Assembly (NCBI GenBank): GCA_965113315.1
Contig: OZ220368.1
Length of the DNA: 64,000 nucleotides
Direction: 5' to 3' (one strand)
Source: Podarcis vaucheri
Taxonomy: Eukaryota
Shown here piece by piece: positions 10,348 to 23,538 of this stretch. Each line of letters begins with the position of its first letter. The first letter of the stretch is position 1. The position numbers and the translations under genes were made by a program. Below the pieces are notes generated by a model that saw nothing but the letters and a program-made list of their open reading frames with translations, searched no databases and was not told the origin of the DNA.

Positions 10348-12780
10348 TATCTAAACAAGGAACATACATAAAATGAAAAACAAAAGCGAAATATACACAC
10401 AACAAAAATATAGCAGCAGAATTAAGCTATATATCTATAGAAAATCACATGACTATTACAGAAAAAGCATCATCACATGGAATAATTAAAAAACCAAATA
10501 GCCATGCCCACTCATTCAACTCACTGAACCCATCACATCACTCCATCCACTCAATTCTTACTTCAGCAAAGTACTCAAAAATTTAACAACCTATAACCAT
10601 GTATAAATCCAACAGGCAGAAAGCCAAAACATCAACCAGTCCCTTCTCATCTCTCACCCTCTTCCCAACTCTCACCTAGGGAGATGAAGCACAGGAGTTC
10701 AAGCACAGCCACCAACAAATGTGACCCTCAAAATTTTGCAGGGAGTATTTCAGTCAATCAAATCCAAACAAAACACTTCTCTCTTATAAGAGCAATAATG
10801 CTCCAAGAACAGCAAACTGAAAACAGGACAAATCCTAGTAGGACTAATATTACACACCCTTTGGCTAAACACCTTATTAGATATCAGTTGCAATAGAAAC
10901 TTTATTATTTTTTTTACTTTTGCTGACTTTCACCAATGCTGTCCATGGGCTGAACTAGATGTATGAACACCACCCCTTGCCAAATTCTGAGTTGAGTGAT
11001 AAGGAGGATCATTTTGTCTGTAGGTGTAGGCGTTATGGCGTGGTTGGCAGAAGAAATTGCCTAGCTCAGTGATTATCTACAGGAGAGGCCTTTGGCTCAT
11101 GCCTTTGTGCAAGCAGATCCCAGGTAAGTATCTGCAAATGGGCGACAGCAGCCCCCCAGGTGTTTCCCATCGAACTCCAGCCCCCCCCCCAATGCTCCTG
11201 ATTATGCTTCCCCCAGGACTTTGCCCCCAGAGTCCTATGAAGAACATTTTCTTCTTCTGTTCAGGCGCCAGGCTAAGACAGGGCTTTGGATCCTAATACA
11301 AGGTCTCTGAATTAGCCCAACTGTTCCCCCCCACACACACTTCAGCCCTCAGATCCCATTAAAAGCTGCAGTCTTCTGAAATCTCTCTCTCTCACCCCAT
11401 TATCTAAGTGCCAGATCTCAGTTTTGCTAATATTTTCACACATTTTTATCACTGTCATTCCTGATTCTGCACAGATGCTGCATATTAGCATTGAGATTAG
11501 GAATGTAGGAGTCCTTCCTCCTCCACACTCCATATGTCTTGCTTGTTTTGGTGTGTGTGGTTTTTCCCCCCAAGGAGTTGTTATCTGATTACTGGTGTCC
11601 CTTTTACAAACTCTAGTGTTTATCTGAAGACACAGGAGACTTTCCCAAAAATTAACAGAAAGACTACCAAGAGGTTGGAAACAAAGCCCATAAATACCTA
11701 CTTAAGTTCTCAGGCAGGACAATTAAAAACTCAACAGCTGGGAATAAAAATGCTCAGACATGTTAGGTTTGTCAGCTCTTAACATAAGCTTGCAACTCCC
11801 TCTTAGAGCCTCAGCTGGAGCCCAACTGCAGCAACAAGCAAGCAGCCTCCAAGCAGAGGCCTTTTAATAAAATCTTATTACAAAATTGGCTACCTTCCAG
11901 TTTTGTTGCATATATGTTCAAAAAAAGCAGCTATGCTCCTTTCTTAAAGGCTTCCATCCTCTCTGTTTACTTAAAATATCACACATTAATTCAGGAATGT
12001 TTACCCATCAGAAGTTGAATTATGATTTGATGGGTGCCCTTTCCCCTTTAAGGTGGCCCCTTCTTGCAAAAGGATGTCCTGTGTTTCAGGACACAGAGCC
12101 TCCCCATGCGAAATAACCATCTCTGCTATTGTATTTAATTTTACGACGCACATGGATTCACAGTTTCCCTTACCTTTGAACTTCTCTAAATTGATTTAGG
12201 TCTTGTTACACTGACCTCTGCCATGTATGCCTCACAGCATCCAATCAAAAAGTATTTAATGTTATTCTGCACAGCAGCCTTTATCGCATAGGATGGGGCA
12301 GGTGGGATTTCTTCTACCGATTGTCTTTGTGACATTGGGATATAGACAGAGCCACAACAAAAATTTCCTTCCTTGATGGCTCCCACAGGACCAGTCAAAT
12401 GCCATCTTGCCTTGAGGGGAAGAGAGAGAGGAGGCAAATCAGCCTGCTCAGTTGCCCTCCCTTCCATTTAGATATATGGCATTAGATGCAGGGCATGTGG
12501 GCGTGGCTTGGCCAAAATGGCCTCATGAGCCTATCGGGGAGGCCCACAGCCTGGAGGTTACCCCACTGTTGCTCCAGCTTCTAGTGTTCCAGCTGAGGTG
12601 ACCCTGCTTTTTCCCAACTGCCACCACAGGGCCACTTAAGGACCATCTTGCCCTGAGGGGGAAAGATTGGACTTTCATAGTACTTCTTTACTATTTTATT
12701 ATATGGCTTTATTAATGTTCAGTTGTATTTATTTATTTATTCATTCATACATACATACACCTACTTACCTACCTACCTAC

Positions 12781-12925
12781 TTGTTCGACAGTGGAACAGA
12801 CTCCCTTGGGAGGATGTGGAGTTCCCCTCATTGGAGGTTTTTAAGCAGAGGTTGGATGGCCATCTGTCATGGATTCCTGCATTGCAGGGGGTTGGACTAG
12901 ATGACCCTACAATTATATGATTCTA
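12781..12925 (+). mobile_element. CR1 LINE 3' end fragment
   Basis: GGAGGTTTTTAAGCAGAGGTTGGATGGCCATCTGTC...GGGGGTTGGACTAGATGACC...ATGATTCTA; homologous to the CR1 3' end at about 56550-56727. Confidence 0.85.
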
Positions 12926-15728
12926 ATATTTTAACTAAGTTCTACTCAGAGAGGATCTATTGCAATTAATAGGCCTCAGTTACATCAATTATTTTCAGTG
13001 GGTCTATACTGAGTATGCCTTACATTGGATACAGTCCTCAGTGTTGCTACCCAATAATCCAAGTTTCTAAACCGACAATTAAAGCATTACATAAATTTTC
13101 CAGTGGTGAGATTTACCAGACCACCATTTTAATAATGAAGACTTCTCTGGAACGCGTGTATTGAAATAAGAGAGATTGTATTCAGCTGCAGCAGTCTAAG
13201 ATATAAAACATTCCTTACGTTCTGTCAGTGGCCTGGCTGAACTTGTCTCTGCCTGCTTTTGGAAAACACGGCATGACATTCCTTTTTCAATACCTTTTCT
13301 TTTTTACTTTAATTTTAAACAAGTGATGGTTTGGATAATAAGAATGTGGCTAGTATGTAGTTGATCATAAGTAGATGTAGTGGAATGGTTTTTCTTTTCT
13401 GCCCTCTATTTTTTATGTTAGCACTTTAATTTCATAAGCCAGTTGGAATCCTGAGGGGAAAATTATAAAAGAAGAAGAAGAAGAATCACCCCTAAGGCCA
13501 TCCCACGGACAAGCTCAGAATGTTGTGTCAAAAGTGCCATTGTGTGAAATACCACTATATTATAGAATATGTCTGCTCTTTGTACATTATAAGCTAAAAC
13601 AAGCAATATCATAGTGCTGAGTTCAGAGGGATCTGTGGGCCCCATTGAGATGAGTCCACAGGATGCCAGTTTTGTGCTGTAGGCATAACAACATGAAAGG
13701 ATCCGAGGGTGAACAATGTCTCGATTAGGTGGCATGATGTTTCAAAGGGAGGATGTTTCAATAGCTATGCTTCAGAGAGAATTCCTTTGATGGGTCCTCT
13801 TCAACAATAGTTTGGGAACCAAAGAAACAGAGAGTGTGAGAGAGAACACGTAACATTTAGTTTCATTAATTTGCTCTGCAGATCCTTGTTCTGGCTCATC
13901 CATCATCAGCTGTTGTTTAGGAGTGCAGAGTATTATTTACATGAGTAAATTCTGCCCTTGGTCAAGCCTATTCAGCTCTGATAGCTGGTGTTCATTTTTT
14001 TACCTGGACTGCTGTCATTTATTCTCACTGCACCCTATTCTTACTGACACCAGTTCTACATGAGTCACACTTTGATCCTGCCCAAGAAACCCTCGCAGCT
14101 TGAAAGTTTTTCGGTAAGGTTTAAGCACCTGCATAAACCGAACGGGAAAGTCATGCTATTACTCTCTTTGCAGCACATCAATCACACATCAAATGGCACA
14201 TTGTTGCTTTTGTGCAGAACTCCCACGTGCTTATTTTCATAGCACTCATTCTTGTAGCACTCATTACTTTTTAAATGAGGAGAATTAGTTGCTCATTCAC
14301 TTTAAACCCCCATCCGACCCTGAACAAAAAGCAGTTTTATTAGTTCCGAGAAAGAGACACCATGGCAGATTCGGTATACTCCATTTTAGAAAATTCTCAT
14401 TGTTCGGAAGTACGCTTCATGGAATTATTTTAACATTTCGTCTTTCACACAAAAACCCGTAAGTCATCTTTGAAGAGGGAATTGATCATCAGATGCCTGA
14501 AATCTGCCCCCCTCCCTTCCCATTTTTTGACCGATCTCCATCAATTAATGAGAAAAGAATTTGCATTTGAGGATTTGCAAAGGGCTGAGAAAATGTTGGT
14601 GGAATTCTTAAGGTCAGGGTGCAGTGTTACTGTTGAGCTTTCCTTACTTTTGAGGTGGTCATGGGGTGTTTGTATTTCCTCTTTCAATCCTACAAATCAT
14701 CTCTCATGGTCAACACTGTGCAGCCTTCCTGGATGCCCACATTTCAATGAAAGCCTCAGGAGGTAACTCCTCCCAGGGAGATTTTTCAGATCAGGAAGTG
14801 TGGGTAGCTGGGGAGGTTGCAGAGAGCTGGGTAAATGTTTACTGGAAGGAAAAATACACCGCTACCCTCAGCCACATTGCAATGGTAAGGAAACCTCCAA
14901 AGCCCACACCCAATGAAATTCTAAAAAGCAGAAAAATAGAAGCTTCCTTCAGAGGAAAAAAGACGTTTGAAAATTGGAGGACAGGGTTCAGCTCAGCACT
15001 GTTGAAAATCTCAGGTAAGATGTTACTTTGCAGGATTAAGGAGGAAAGTAAGTGAGGGATCAAATTGCCTGGATCCTTACTTCTAGAAATGTGAGGCTAC
15101 CCATGTTTCCTGGCCTCTGACTGCCTATCAAGTTGCAGACACAGAGGGTGAAGTGTGTGTGAGAGTCCAAGTTGAACTGCTATGGCCTGAACATGAGGCA
15201 TTTAACTCTCTCAGAATGGAACCCAAGCCTTTTCTGGTGGGGTCAGGGCCTGCTATTGTGGGTTTGACAGGTTTCATCGCTGTGACTCAGTAGTGAGGGC
15301 ATTCAGAAAATAATGTGAATATTTCTTCATGAATGTGGCTGTTCTGCTGAGCAGAAACCTGCTGGGATGGCATCAGACTAGTATGATGGAGAGTAAAGTT
15401 TGGCGTTGGAAAGGAAGAAAGAGGGAGCAGAGAATTTCCAGCTGGAATTGGGGTTGCTGCACAAGTTACCTCTGGTGCTAAGGTATCTCCTGAAGGAGAG
15501 TATTCTTACCTCTGTCATGCTCTGCTTGTATATTTGTAAATGAAGTTAATATTGCAAAGAAACAGTACTGAGGAACGTGCAACGTAGGGGAGGTTCAGGT
15601 GACCCTGCCCCCAAGGCAGTCAGAAAACACTGGAGGGGGTCTGTGTGTGCTAGCTCCTGGCCTTGCCCACAAGTGCCAGTGTATGCATGCAGAGCTCCTC
15701 AGTGCAAAGAGGATCCTCTCTTTGTGTA

Positions 15729-15943
15729 CAGTGTTACCTCAGGTTAAGTACTTAATTCGTTTCGGAGGTCTGTTCTTAACCTGAAACTGTTCTTAACCTG
15801 AAGTACCACTTTAGCTAATAGGGCCTCCCACTGCCGCCGCACGATTTCTGTTCTCATCCTGAAGCAAAGTTCTTAACCTGAAGCATTATTTCTGGGTTAG
15901 CAGAGTCTGTAACCTGAAGCGTATGTAACCCGAGGTACCGCTG
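15729..15943. mobile_element. Tc1/mariner MITE, family A copy 2
   Basis: TA|CAGTGTTACCTCAGGTTA...TAACCCGAGGTACCGCTG|TA; near-identical to 10118-10347. Confidence 0.9.
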
Positions 15944-17003
15944 TACTTCAGTAAGTGAATAGAGCACCTTCTATGCCTAAAAAGTGGGTGGGAAGAGGGC
16001 TTAGCATGCCCACAGTGTGGGGACTAGTCTGTGCCCCCTGTGGTGCTCTGGCATCTACTTTGAGTACATAAAAGGGGTCAGCCATTTGTAGCTTCCCATT
16101 GTATTATGCTTAACTGTAACAGGTTCAGTGAGAGGGGTTGAGGCCGACATTGCCAGAGATTTCACATTTTGACTGCTCAAGCCTTTACGCATTCCTTTCG
16201 GCAGCCCTGTTATCATTTACAAGTTACCGTAGCTTCCGCTTGTTCAGTGAAATAGTTATGGACAACACATCATTCCCTGTTTTGTACTGCCATGTCTGAA
16301 TGCTTTAACGATGACAGATCTCATGCATGTTTACCTGACAGCAGGTACTTGCTTCTGAGTGAACTTGCCGAAAACTGAGCTGCAAGCCACATCTGAAGTG
16401 GTTGGTAGCTCTTCATACAAGGATACGGCTTGAAAGAGCTATGCGCCATCTGTTCTTGAATGTTCTTTCTTACCCAAGCCGATACATGTGATTCAGATAT
16501 GAGCAGCACAAAACAAGAATTGCTAAGCACTGCTGTCACAGTGATAAAGGCACGCACACAAAAATATATGTGGGGGAGTTATGCATAAAACACCAGTCAT
16601 GGTATTTGTCATGTCCATTTATGTTTGTACAAACTACACCTGTGACCTTGCCATTGAAGATTTCAAAAATGTTCAAAGCATTGCTAGAAATGCTTTAACT
16701 GCAGTCATTTTAATTTATTCTTTTTCTAGCCCAAATTAGTGACTCAGCGTCAAAGGAAAAACCTGATTTAAACAATACTTTAGTATTACAAAAATCCATG
16801 GAAAGATTAATTAAAATGGTTCTATACTCCCTCAGAATGACCACTCCTAGGACTATTCTAGGACTTCTTGCTGCCTGGAGATGGACTGGTAGTGGCAGTG
16901 GCCAGAAACTATGTGAAATGTCTATGTGAAATGACAGGAATGGGCCTTGGACATGCCTGCTCTAGTTACCTCCAAATATGTCATGTTTAGGTGTGATGTT
17001 GTA

Positions 17004-17005
<2 letters not shown>

Positions 17006-17076
<71 letters not shown>
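17006..17076. repeat. Compound (GT)n(AG)n microsatellite
   Basis: Read directly. Confidence 0.95.
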
Positions 17077-17082
<6 letters not shown>

Positions 17083-17539
17083 CAGGACCATGGATAGCTC
17101 CAAATGAACAACTTCCTCAGACAAAGGTTGAGAAAAGAGGACCTTTTTAAAGCCCTTGCCCTCCAACTGTCTCTTCCAAGGTCAGCCCTATTGTAGACAA
17201 CTTTAGGATCTTAAAGGGCCAGACTTCTGGCTTGAGGACACTTCTCCCCCTCTGTTCCATTGTCTGCTTCTAGGTGCACTCCCTGTGTCGCTGGACTGGT
17301 GAGGAGCTGTAAGAAGCAGTAGGTTCCTCAACAGAAGATTTCCATGAGGGTCCTGGCTATGGTCCTGCAGACCTTGGTGATCTGGGAAGTTGCTCAGTGG
17401 GCCCCCATCTATCAGCTCCAGATCTAGTGACCCCTAAATCTCCATAGGCAGATTCCGAGCCCCAAACTTGGTCTGATGATTTAGCAGGAGACTTTGCAGC
17501 TTCTAACTCTGAACCTTGATGGCTAGACTCTGACGTCAT

Positions 17540-17900
17540 GACAAAACTGGACTGCTAATGACACTTTGTGTGGGGCCTCCTTTGAAGACTGTTTGGGAAT
17601 GTTTACTGGTGAAACATGAAGCTGACAGGATGCTGATGGGGTCCAGAAGGTTGGAGCATGTGATGCCATTTTTGTGTCACTTGCACTGGCTACCAATGCA
17701 CTTCCAGGCCCAATTCAAAGGACTGGTGCTAACCTTTAAGACCCTAACCACTTGGCACCTGGGTGACCCTGTCTGTAATTTAATTTCTGCATTTGAAGTT
17801 CTACTTGTGTGCCTGATAGTGAAATTGGTTCAGGTGGTGAGCACATAAGCCAGAGGCTTCTCAGTGAAGGCCTTGCAGCTGTAGAACTCTTCCAGCTAAC
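17540..17900 (+). mobile_element. L2 LINE 3' ORF fragment (degraded)
   Basis: Translation EHVMPFLCHLHWLPMHFQAQFKGLVLTFKTL matches the L2 C-terminal LHWLP...FK.L motif. Confidence 0.75.
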
Positions 17901-20214
17901 ATTAATTCGGATTCTTTAGTTTTGCAATTAGAGAAGGCCTCCAAAAGTTATCTTTTTTTTTTTTACTTTTGCCTTTGCTTAAGAGAATTCTGAAAAGCTG
18001 ATTCAGTGTCTTTCATGTGTCTCAGTATCTATTCAGTGCTTCACGCTCTGCCTGATGTTCTGTCTTGACAAGGCCTGGGCCCCTTCTGATATGGTGAAAT
18101 GCTCCTCACAGAATTCGTGAATCTATGATGGATTCATGGATCGAGTCTGCAAGCATTCACAGGCCTACCAGCAACACAAAATGTTTCAGTCAGATATTTC
18201 TAACTGTGCTTTCCCTCCTCGTAGGCAGTGATCATTGTGAAAATGCAGGGCTGGGGTTGCTTTTAATGGGTTCCTGTTGAGTTTCACAGGTTTTCAGACT
18301 TCTCAGTCCTTGAGAGGCTCGAGGAGTAGAAGACCCACGATTGATCTTTGGCCTGCCAGTGGAATCCAGGGCAACAAGAAACACATTGCCGTTACTCCTT
18401 CTATGATAAAGGTACATAGATGAATGAGGGACGCTGAGCAGTAGGAAGAAAGGGACTGTAAATTAATTCAAAGGCCAAAAATGAGGGTCAAGTCATATCA
18501 CCCTAAGACTTGACACTAGAATTTCTACCCCTGACCCGGACACCCATTTCTTTAACCCTGGTTGTTACTCCCCATGTAGAAAACCAAGCCAGGGAAAAAA
18601 GAAGCAGTTGCCTGAACGATACATTTATATACATAAACAAAGTAGCTAACTGCTTAAAACAACATATTTCATTTAAAGCGGGTTGATTTGAAATAGTTGA
18701 TTTATTATTATTTTTTAAAAAAACAAAGATTAACAAAGAACATCTGTTAATTTAAGGATCTATCTTCTCCTGTTATTTCATTTTCAACCCCTGTTTTTTA
18801 CCCATAATATTTTCCATCCTTATTGTGATGCATTCTTGTTTTGCTTTCTTATTTGAAATCTTAAAAAATAAAAGAACAAAGAACAAGTTTGTTTTTTGAG
18901 AAACAAATCAAATTAAGCAGCTTGGGCCAAGACACAAATCTGCAACATCGGTAGTAATAAATTCATAAAATGAGATGTGTGGGCAATTAGATTTCCTTGA
19001 AAGCAACATTCTCTGCCTTGCTTTTTCATTCCTGGTGTGTGAAGGCAGACTATAGCTACTCATTGATGCAGGAACTTTACTGCATTCAAAGGTAGGTTCC
19101 TTTACAATTCTATCCAATCCTTCAAATCTGAATGCTGGAAATTAAAGTTATGTGACTTAGCTGTGGTGAATCTTCACTCAGAATCAAAAGTTGCAGGAAA
19201 CACATGACATAAAAATAGCTAACTGGCTGCAAAAAAATAATACCAGTCTTGTAGTTAAATTGTATAGCATTATGCATAGCAACGACCGCTATTTGCCACC
19301 ATGCACAGAAGTCCCACTTGCATGTTATAAACTTGTTTGTAAGTGCTGCCAGGTGAGTTTGAGCTTTGCAATTATTTCTAGCAGAAACATCCCCCCCCCC
19401 CGAAATCTGTGGGTAGTATATTAGGTGCTGAAAATAGTCTACTGAGTGTGTACTTCAACTGGAAGAGGTGAGTGCACCTTCTAAATTTCAAGGGTTGCCA
19501 TTTTCTTCAGCCTAATCAGCCACAGTATATGATGCTATAGAAGCCATTATAGAGGCAGTAGGTGATTATCAGAGGGACCTGGCTTTCATTTTATTTGTAC
19601 AGGTGTATTGTAATGTAGCCTGTGGTGTGAACATTTTCCACTTCGTTACTCCTGGCACATGCTCAAAACTCTTCACATGTTTCACCAAATCGCTCAATTT
19701 GTTTAGTTTCAGTGTTCCATTTTTGGTGTTTGTTTAAGCATGAATCAAGTCGTAAATTAGAAAGTTGTTTGACCCTTCATAATTAAATGAGAGGTCTACT
19801 AAATACACCTTTTGTCTGGGAATTCAAAGTTTAGTCGTCTGGCTCCCTTTGCCTTAACACCTCCTTTGCTCGAAATAAACAGGCTCCACACCACCTGACA
19901 AGCAGGGCAGTGTCTCCTCAGAGTCCTGCCCATGAAGCTCAAGGGGACTTGCTCCCACCATGGCTGGGTTGCCAGCTGCAGCCATTCTGAACTAGGATAG
20001 ATCTGCCACAGTGATCCAGGTGCTGGCATTCTTACTGCAAAGTACTCTACGGAAGCCTGCGTCTGAAGATGGTGCAGAGGCTGCAGGCAGCTGAGAATTC
20101 TGCTGCTCAGTTGCTGAGTGGTGTATAAAGTCAAAATCATGCGGCACCAATTCCCTGTGACCCGCACTGTCTGCCTGTTCAGTTCCAAGCCTACTTAAAG
20201 ATATTGATATTGGC

Positions 20215-20440
20215 TTTGGGCCCAGGTTTATTGATATAAATAGCTCAGGGCCCAAGTACTTTATGAAATGCCTCTCCTGATTTGCACCAGCCCAGCTTTT
20301 GAGATCTGTGGAGGGGGTCCTCCTTGTGGTCCTACCCTTGGGAACCCTCCGTATGGAATTCCTTGCCTCTGTTGGTGCATCAGGAACCTCCTTCATTTCA
20401 GTCTTACATCCTGCTTAAGATGAACCTTTCAAAATCTTGA
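20215..20440 (+). mobile_element. L2 LINE 3' fragment (degraded)
   Basis: GGGCCCAAGTACTT...GAGATC...GAGGGGGTCCTCCTTGTGGTCC; similar to 26330-26560. Confidence 0.45.
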
Positions 20441-21131
20441 GAGCTTTGTGATGGTGTGGCAGGAGGCCTTCGAGACAGCTGATTTAATAGGCGGTGTCGT
20501 CTGTTGGATGCTGTTATTTCAGCTGTGTGTGTGTGGCATATTTTGTTTGTGAACCGCTCTGTATTTTTAAAAATGAAGCGTGGGGTAAAAATGGAACAAT
20601 AAATGCATAAATAGATAAGCCCTTCCCTATATTCTTGTTATTGGATTTTGTAGTTACAAGACATTTTAAGCCTGATTGTGAGCAACGCAGGAGTAGCTTG
20701 GGAACAACAGGATGATGATAAATAAAGGCCAGTCTCAAGCTGGAAGAGGAAGGAGAGAGATGAAACTCAGGAATAAGTGTGAGATCACTTGTGAAATAAT
20801 GATGGAATAGGCAGAAGAAGTTCACTTCAGTTTATTAGCATTATTGAGAGTCACAGGGGAGTTGAAAATAGGAGGGCATATCTCCAGATACTTGAGTATT
20901 CAGTGGTTGTGCTGACATGGTTAAAATCACCATGGGGAGCTGCTCACAGCAATGGTTCACGACACAGATATTTGGTAGAAGCAGCTACCTATATGTGTGG
21001 GTGCAAACGAGAGAGTCTACAGTACAGTGAGGAAAACCGTATGTCACCATATGCACACCATTAGAGCATAGCCAAAAGAGAAAGAAATGAAAATACTAGT
21101 GTATCTGAAAAGTGATGCTGAATTTTGTGTT

Positions 21132-21465
21132 TAAAAAGGTAAAGGGACCCCTGATCATTAGGTCCAGTCGTGACCGACTCTGGGGTTGCGGCGCTCATTT
21201 CGCTTTATTGGCCGAGGGAGCTGGCGTACAGCTTCCGGGTCATGTGGCCAGCATGACTAAGCCGCTTCTGGTGAACCAGAGCAGCGCACGGAAATGGCGT
21301 TTACCTTCCCGCCAGAGCGGTACCTATTTATCTACTTGCACTTTGACGTGCTTTCGAACTGCTAGGTTGGCAGGAGCTGAGACCGAGCAACGGGAGCTCA
21401 CCCCATTGCAGGGATTCGAACCACCGACCTTCTGATCAGCAAGTCCTAGGCTCTGTGGTTTAACC
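21132..21465 (-). mobile_element. Sauria SINE, near full length
   Basis: (ACCTTT)n tail (AAAGGTAAAGG on +), tRNA B-box GGTTCGAATCC on the minus strand near 21412-21422, BovB-like 3' segment, TSD TTTGTGTT (21124-21131 and 21466-21473). Confidence 0.92.
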
Positions 21466-23402
21466 TTTGTGTTACCAAAGATTAAATGCCCAGCTCACTG
21501 CTTCTCCTCAGTGCCAGAGACAGGCAGTCAGAACCAGGAAACATGTAGAAAGCAAGGAAATACTATTATTGCAGGTAAAACTCCAGCCTAAGAAGAAAGC
21601 CTTTATAGCCACTGGCCAGCTTGAATGGATAGAGTTATTCCAGCACCTTGGAGGGGTGGTCACTTCCAGCCTGCAGCTCCTCATGCAGAACAGCTTTACA
21701 GGGTTTCCAAATCTAATCTAGGCAACTCAACCAAGAAGCACCCGGTCAACTATTTTCTCCGCCCTTGTTCTTCTAGCTGGGGCAAGAATGTAATTCTGAG
21801 ACAGTGCTGTATCTGTGCATTTGTTTCAGTTGCTTTAGAGTGGTCTTACCTTGTGCAAGATGTTGCCACTGAAGAATAATCACTCTAGCAAACTTGTGTG
21901 CAGGAGATAGGAATGGTGCCATCTTGGAAGTAATTCCGAACATGTATGTTCTTATGGTTCCTTTGTATGACGCAGGGGATAACTTGTTTGAAAAGCATAC
22001 AAAATCTATCATTTGTGGTGAAGCTACCTCCACAATGATGAGCAGGAGAAGACTACAGTTTATTCTCATGAATGAAGTCCTAGTCAAAGAGTCAGGCATT
22101 GGAATGCACCCGTAGACATTCTACTACTTACTAACTTTCATTTGTAATGGGTGTGCATTTTCCTTTTAATATTAAAAGATACCTACAGCTTGATTGGAAA
22201 GGAGGACTAAAAAGATAGGTAGAAGAGGAGCCCAATGGAGAAGTTAAAAAAGCTCAAAACCTCACCAAAATGTTCCAAACCCTGCGTATTCACGTAGCCT
22301 CAGCATTAAGCCGCCCCACTGTGGCTTGTTACCACAGAAACAGAGCAACAAATATTTGGAACTATGTAACACCTTCCACCAAAATTCCAGACAAGAATAT
22401 TTTGGAAAGCACTGCTGTCAATCAGATCACTCCTGTTCATTGAATGGAAGCTTTGTGGGGCTGTTGTCTGCTCATGCCATGGCTTAAAAATGGAGAGCTC
22501 CCTCCCTACAGAACTCTTTGTTATTGCTAGGCAATCTATTTGTTCTGCGGCTATTTCCCAAACTGACAAGGCAATGTGAACGAACCTCTTGGAATGCCCA
22601 AAGTAAAGAATAAAACATGTTTGTATAGTTCATATTTTCCCCATAGCTGATTTGCTCCGCACTGGCAGTTTCTCAAACCATTTCACTTCAGGTGCCATGT
22701 GATCAATCTGGCTGCCTTCCAATGTTTTCTTTTCATCTCAAAAGTCATGGCCAAAGGTTATTTTTAATCTTACTGCGATAACCTGATCAGTCTCTTTATT
22801 ATACCATCAGGGAGGGGTTGCTGTACGCTGCCAGGTATTTTTTTACCTGAGGCTCCCCATCTGTCTAAATTTATAGTCCTGGGTGGGAGGCTGGAACCTA
22901 TAACAGGTGCTGCTTTTGTCAAAATTGAAATTGCATCCTCTGATCTGTCCCTTCTCCTGCAGGCCACCTTAGCTGCACTCACCCTAAATGGGAAAAGGAT
23001 GCCGAAGCATTTCTCTTCATTTTGATGCTGAACTGGATCCAGGGTCCCAATAAAACTATGTTTTATTACTCACATGATCCTAGCCATTATGATATCACTA
23101 CAGTTAGCCATGCCTTAGTAACAGGTCAGCTTGGTCACTATAATGTGTTATAAAAGGGACTGCCTCCAAATAGTCTTCAGAAACTTCAACTTTTTCTAGC
23201 ACTTTGCAGCCAGATTGTGCGCTTGGTCCTGCTTTAATGAGCATGTTTCACCTGACTGTAAATAACTTCCTTGACATCCACTTTATTTCCAGACAGTCTG
23301 AAGGGTTGGTTTCCCCCAATAAAACCCTACATCCTCTGGCACCAAAGAATCTTAAGGACCCTACAGATGAACTTGCCACTGAGCTGAGACCTTCATTTAG
23401 AG

Positions 23403-23538
23403 CAGTGTTTCCCAAACTTGGGTCTCCTGCTGTTGTTGGACTACAACTCCCATGAACCCTAGCTAGAAAAGCCAGTGCTCATGGATGATGGAAATTGTAG
23501 TCCAAAAACAGCTGGAGACCCAAGTTTGAGAAACACTG
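23403..23538. mobile_element. hAT-type palindromic MITE
   Basis: TIRs CAGTGTTTCCCAAACTTGGGTCTCC and GGAGACCCAAGTTTGAGAAACACTG; perfect 8-bp TSD ATTTAGAG (23395-23402 and 23539-23546). Confidence 0.92.

Noticed and set aside
14666-15055. 129-aa ORF with a CAG|GTAAG donor near 15014
   Set aside because: No recognisable domain and no convincing paired acceptor.
21112-21435. 107-aa ORF
   Set aside because: Antisense read-through of a Sauria SINE.
21400-21465. tRNA-like B-box sequences (also near 34970 and 35450)
   Set aside because: SINE heads; no cloverleaf, so not tRNA genes.
21773-22115. Overlapping ORFs on both strands with a minus-strand donor at 21850
   Set aside because: No recognisable product and weak acceptors.
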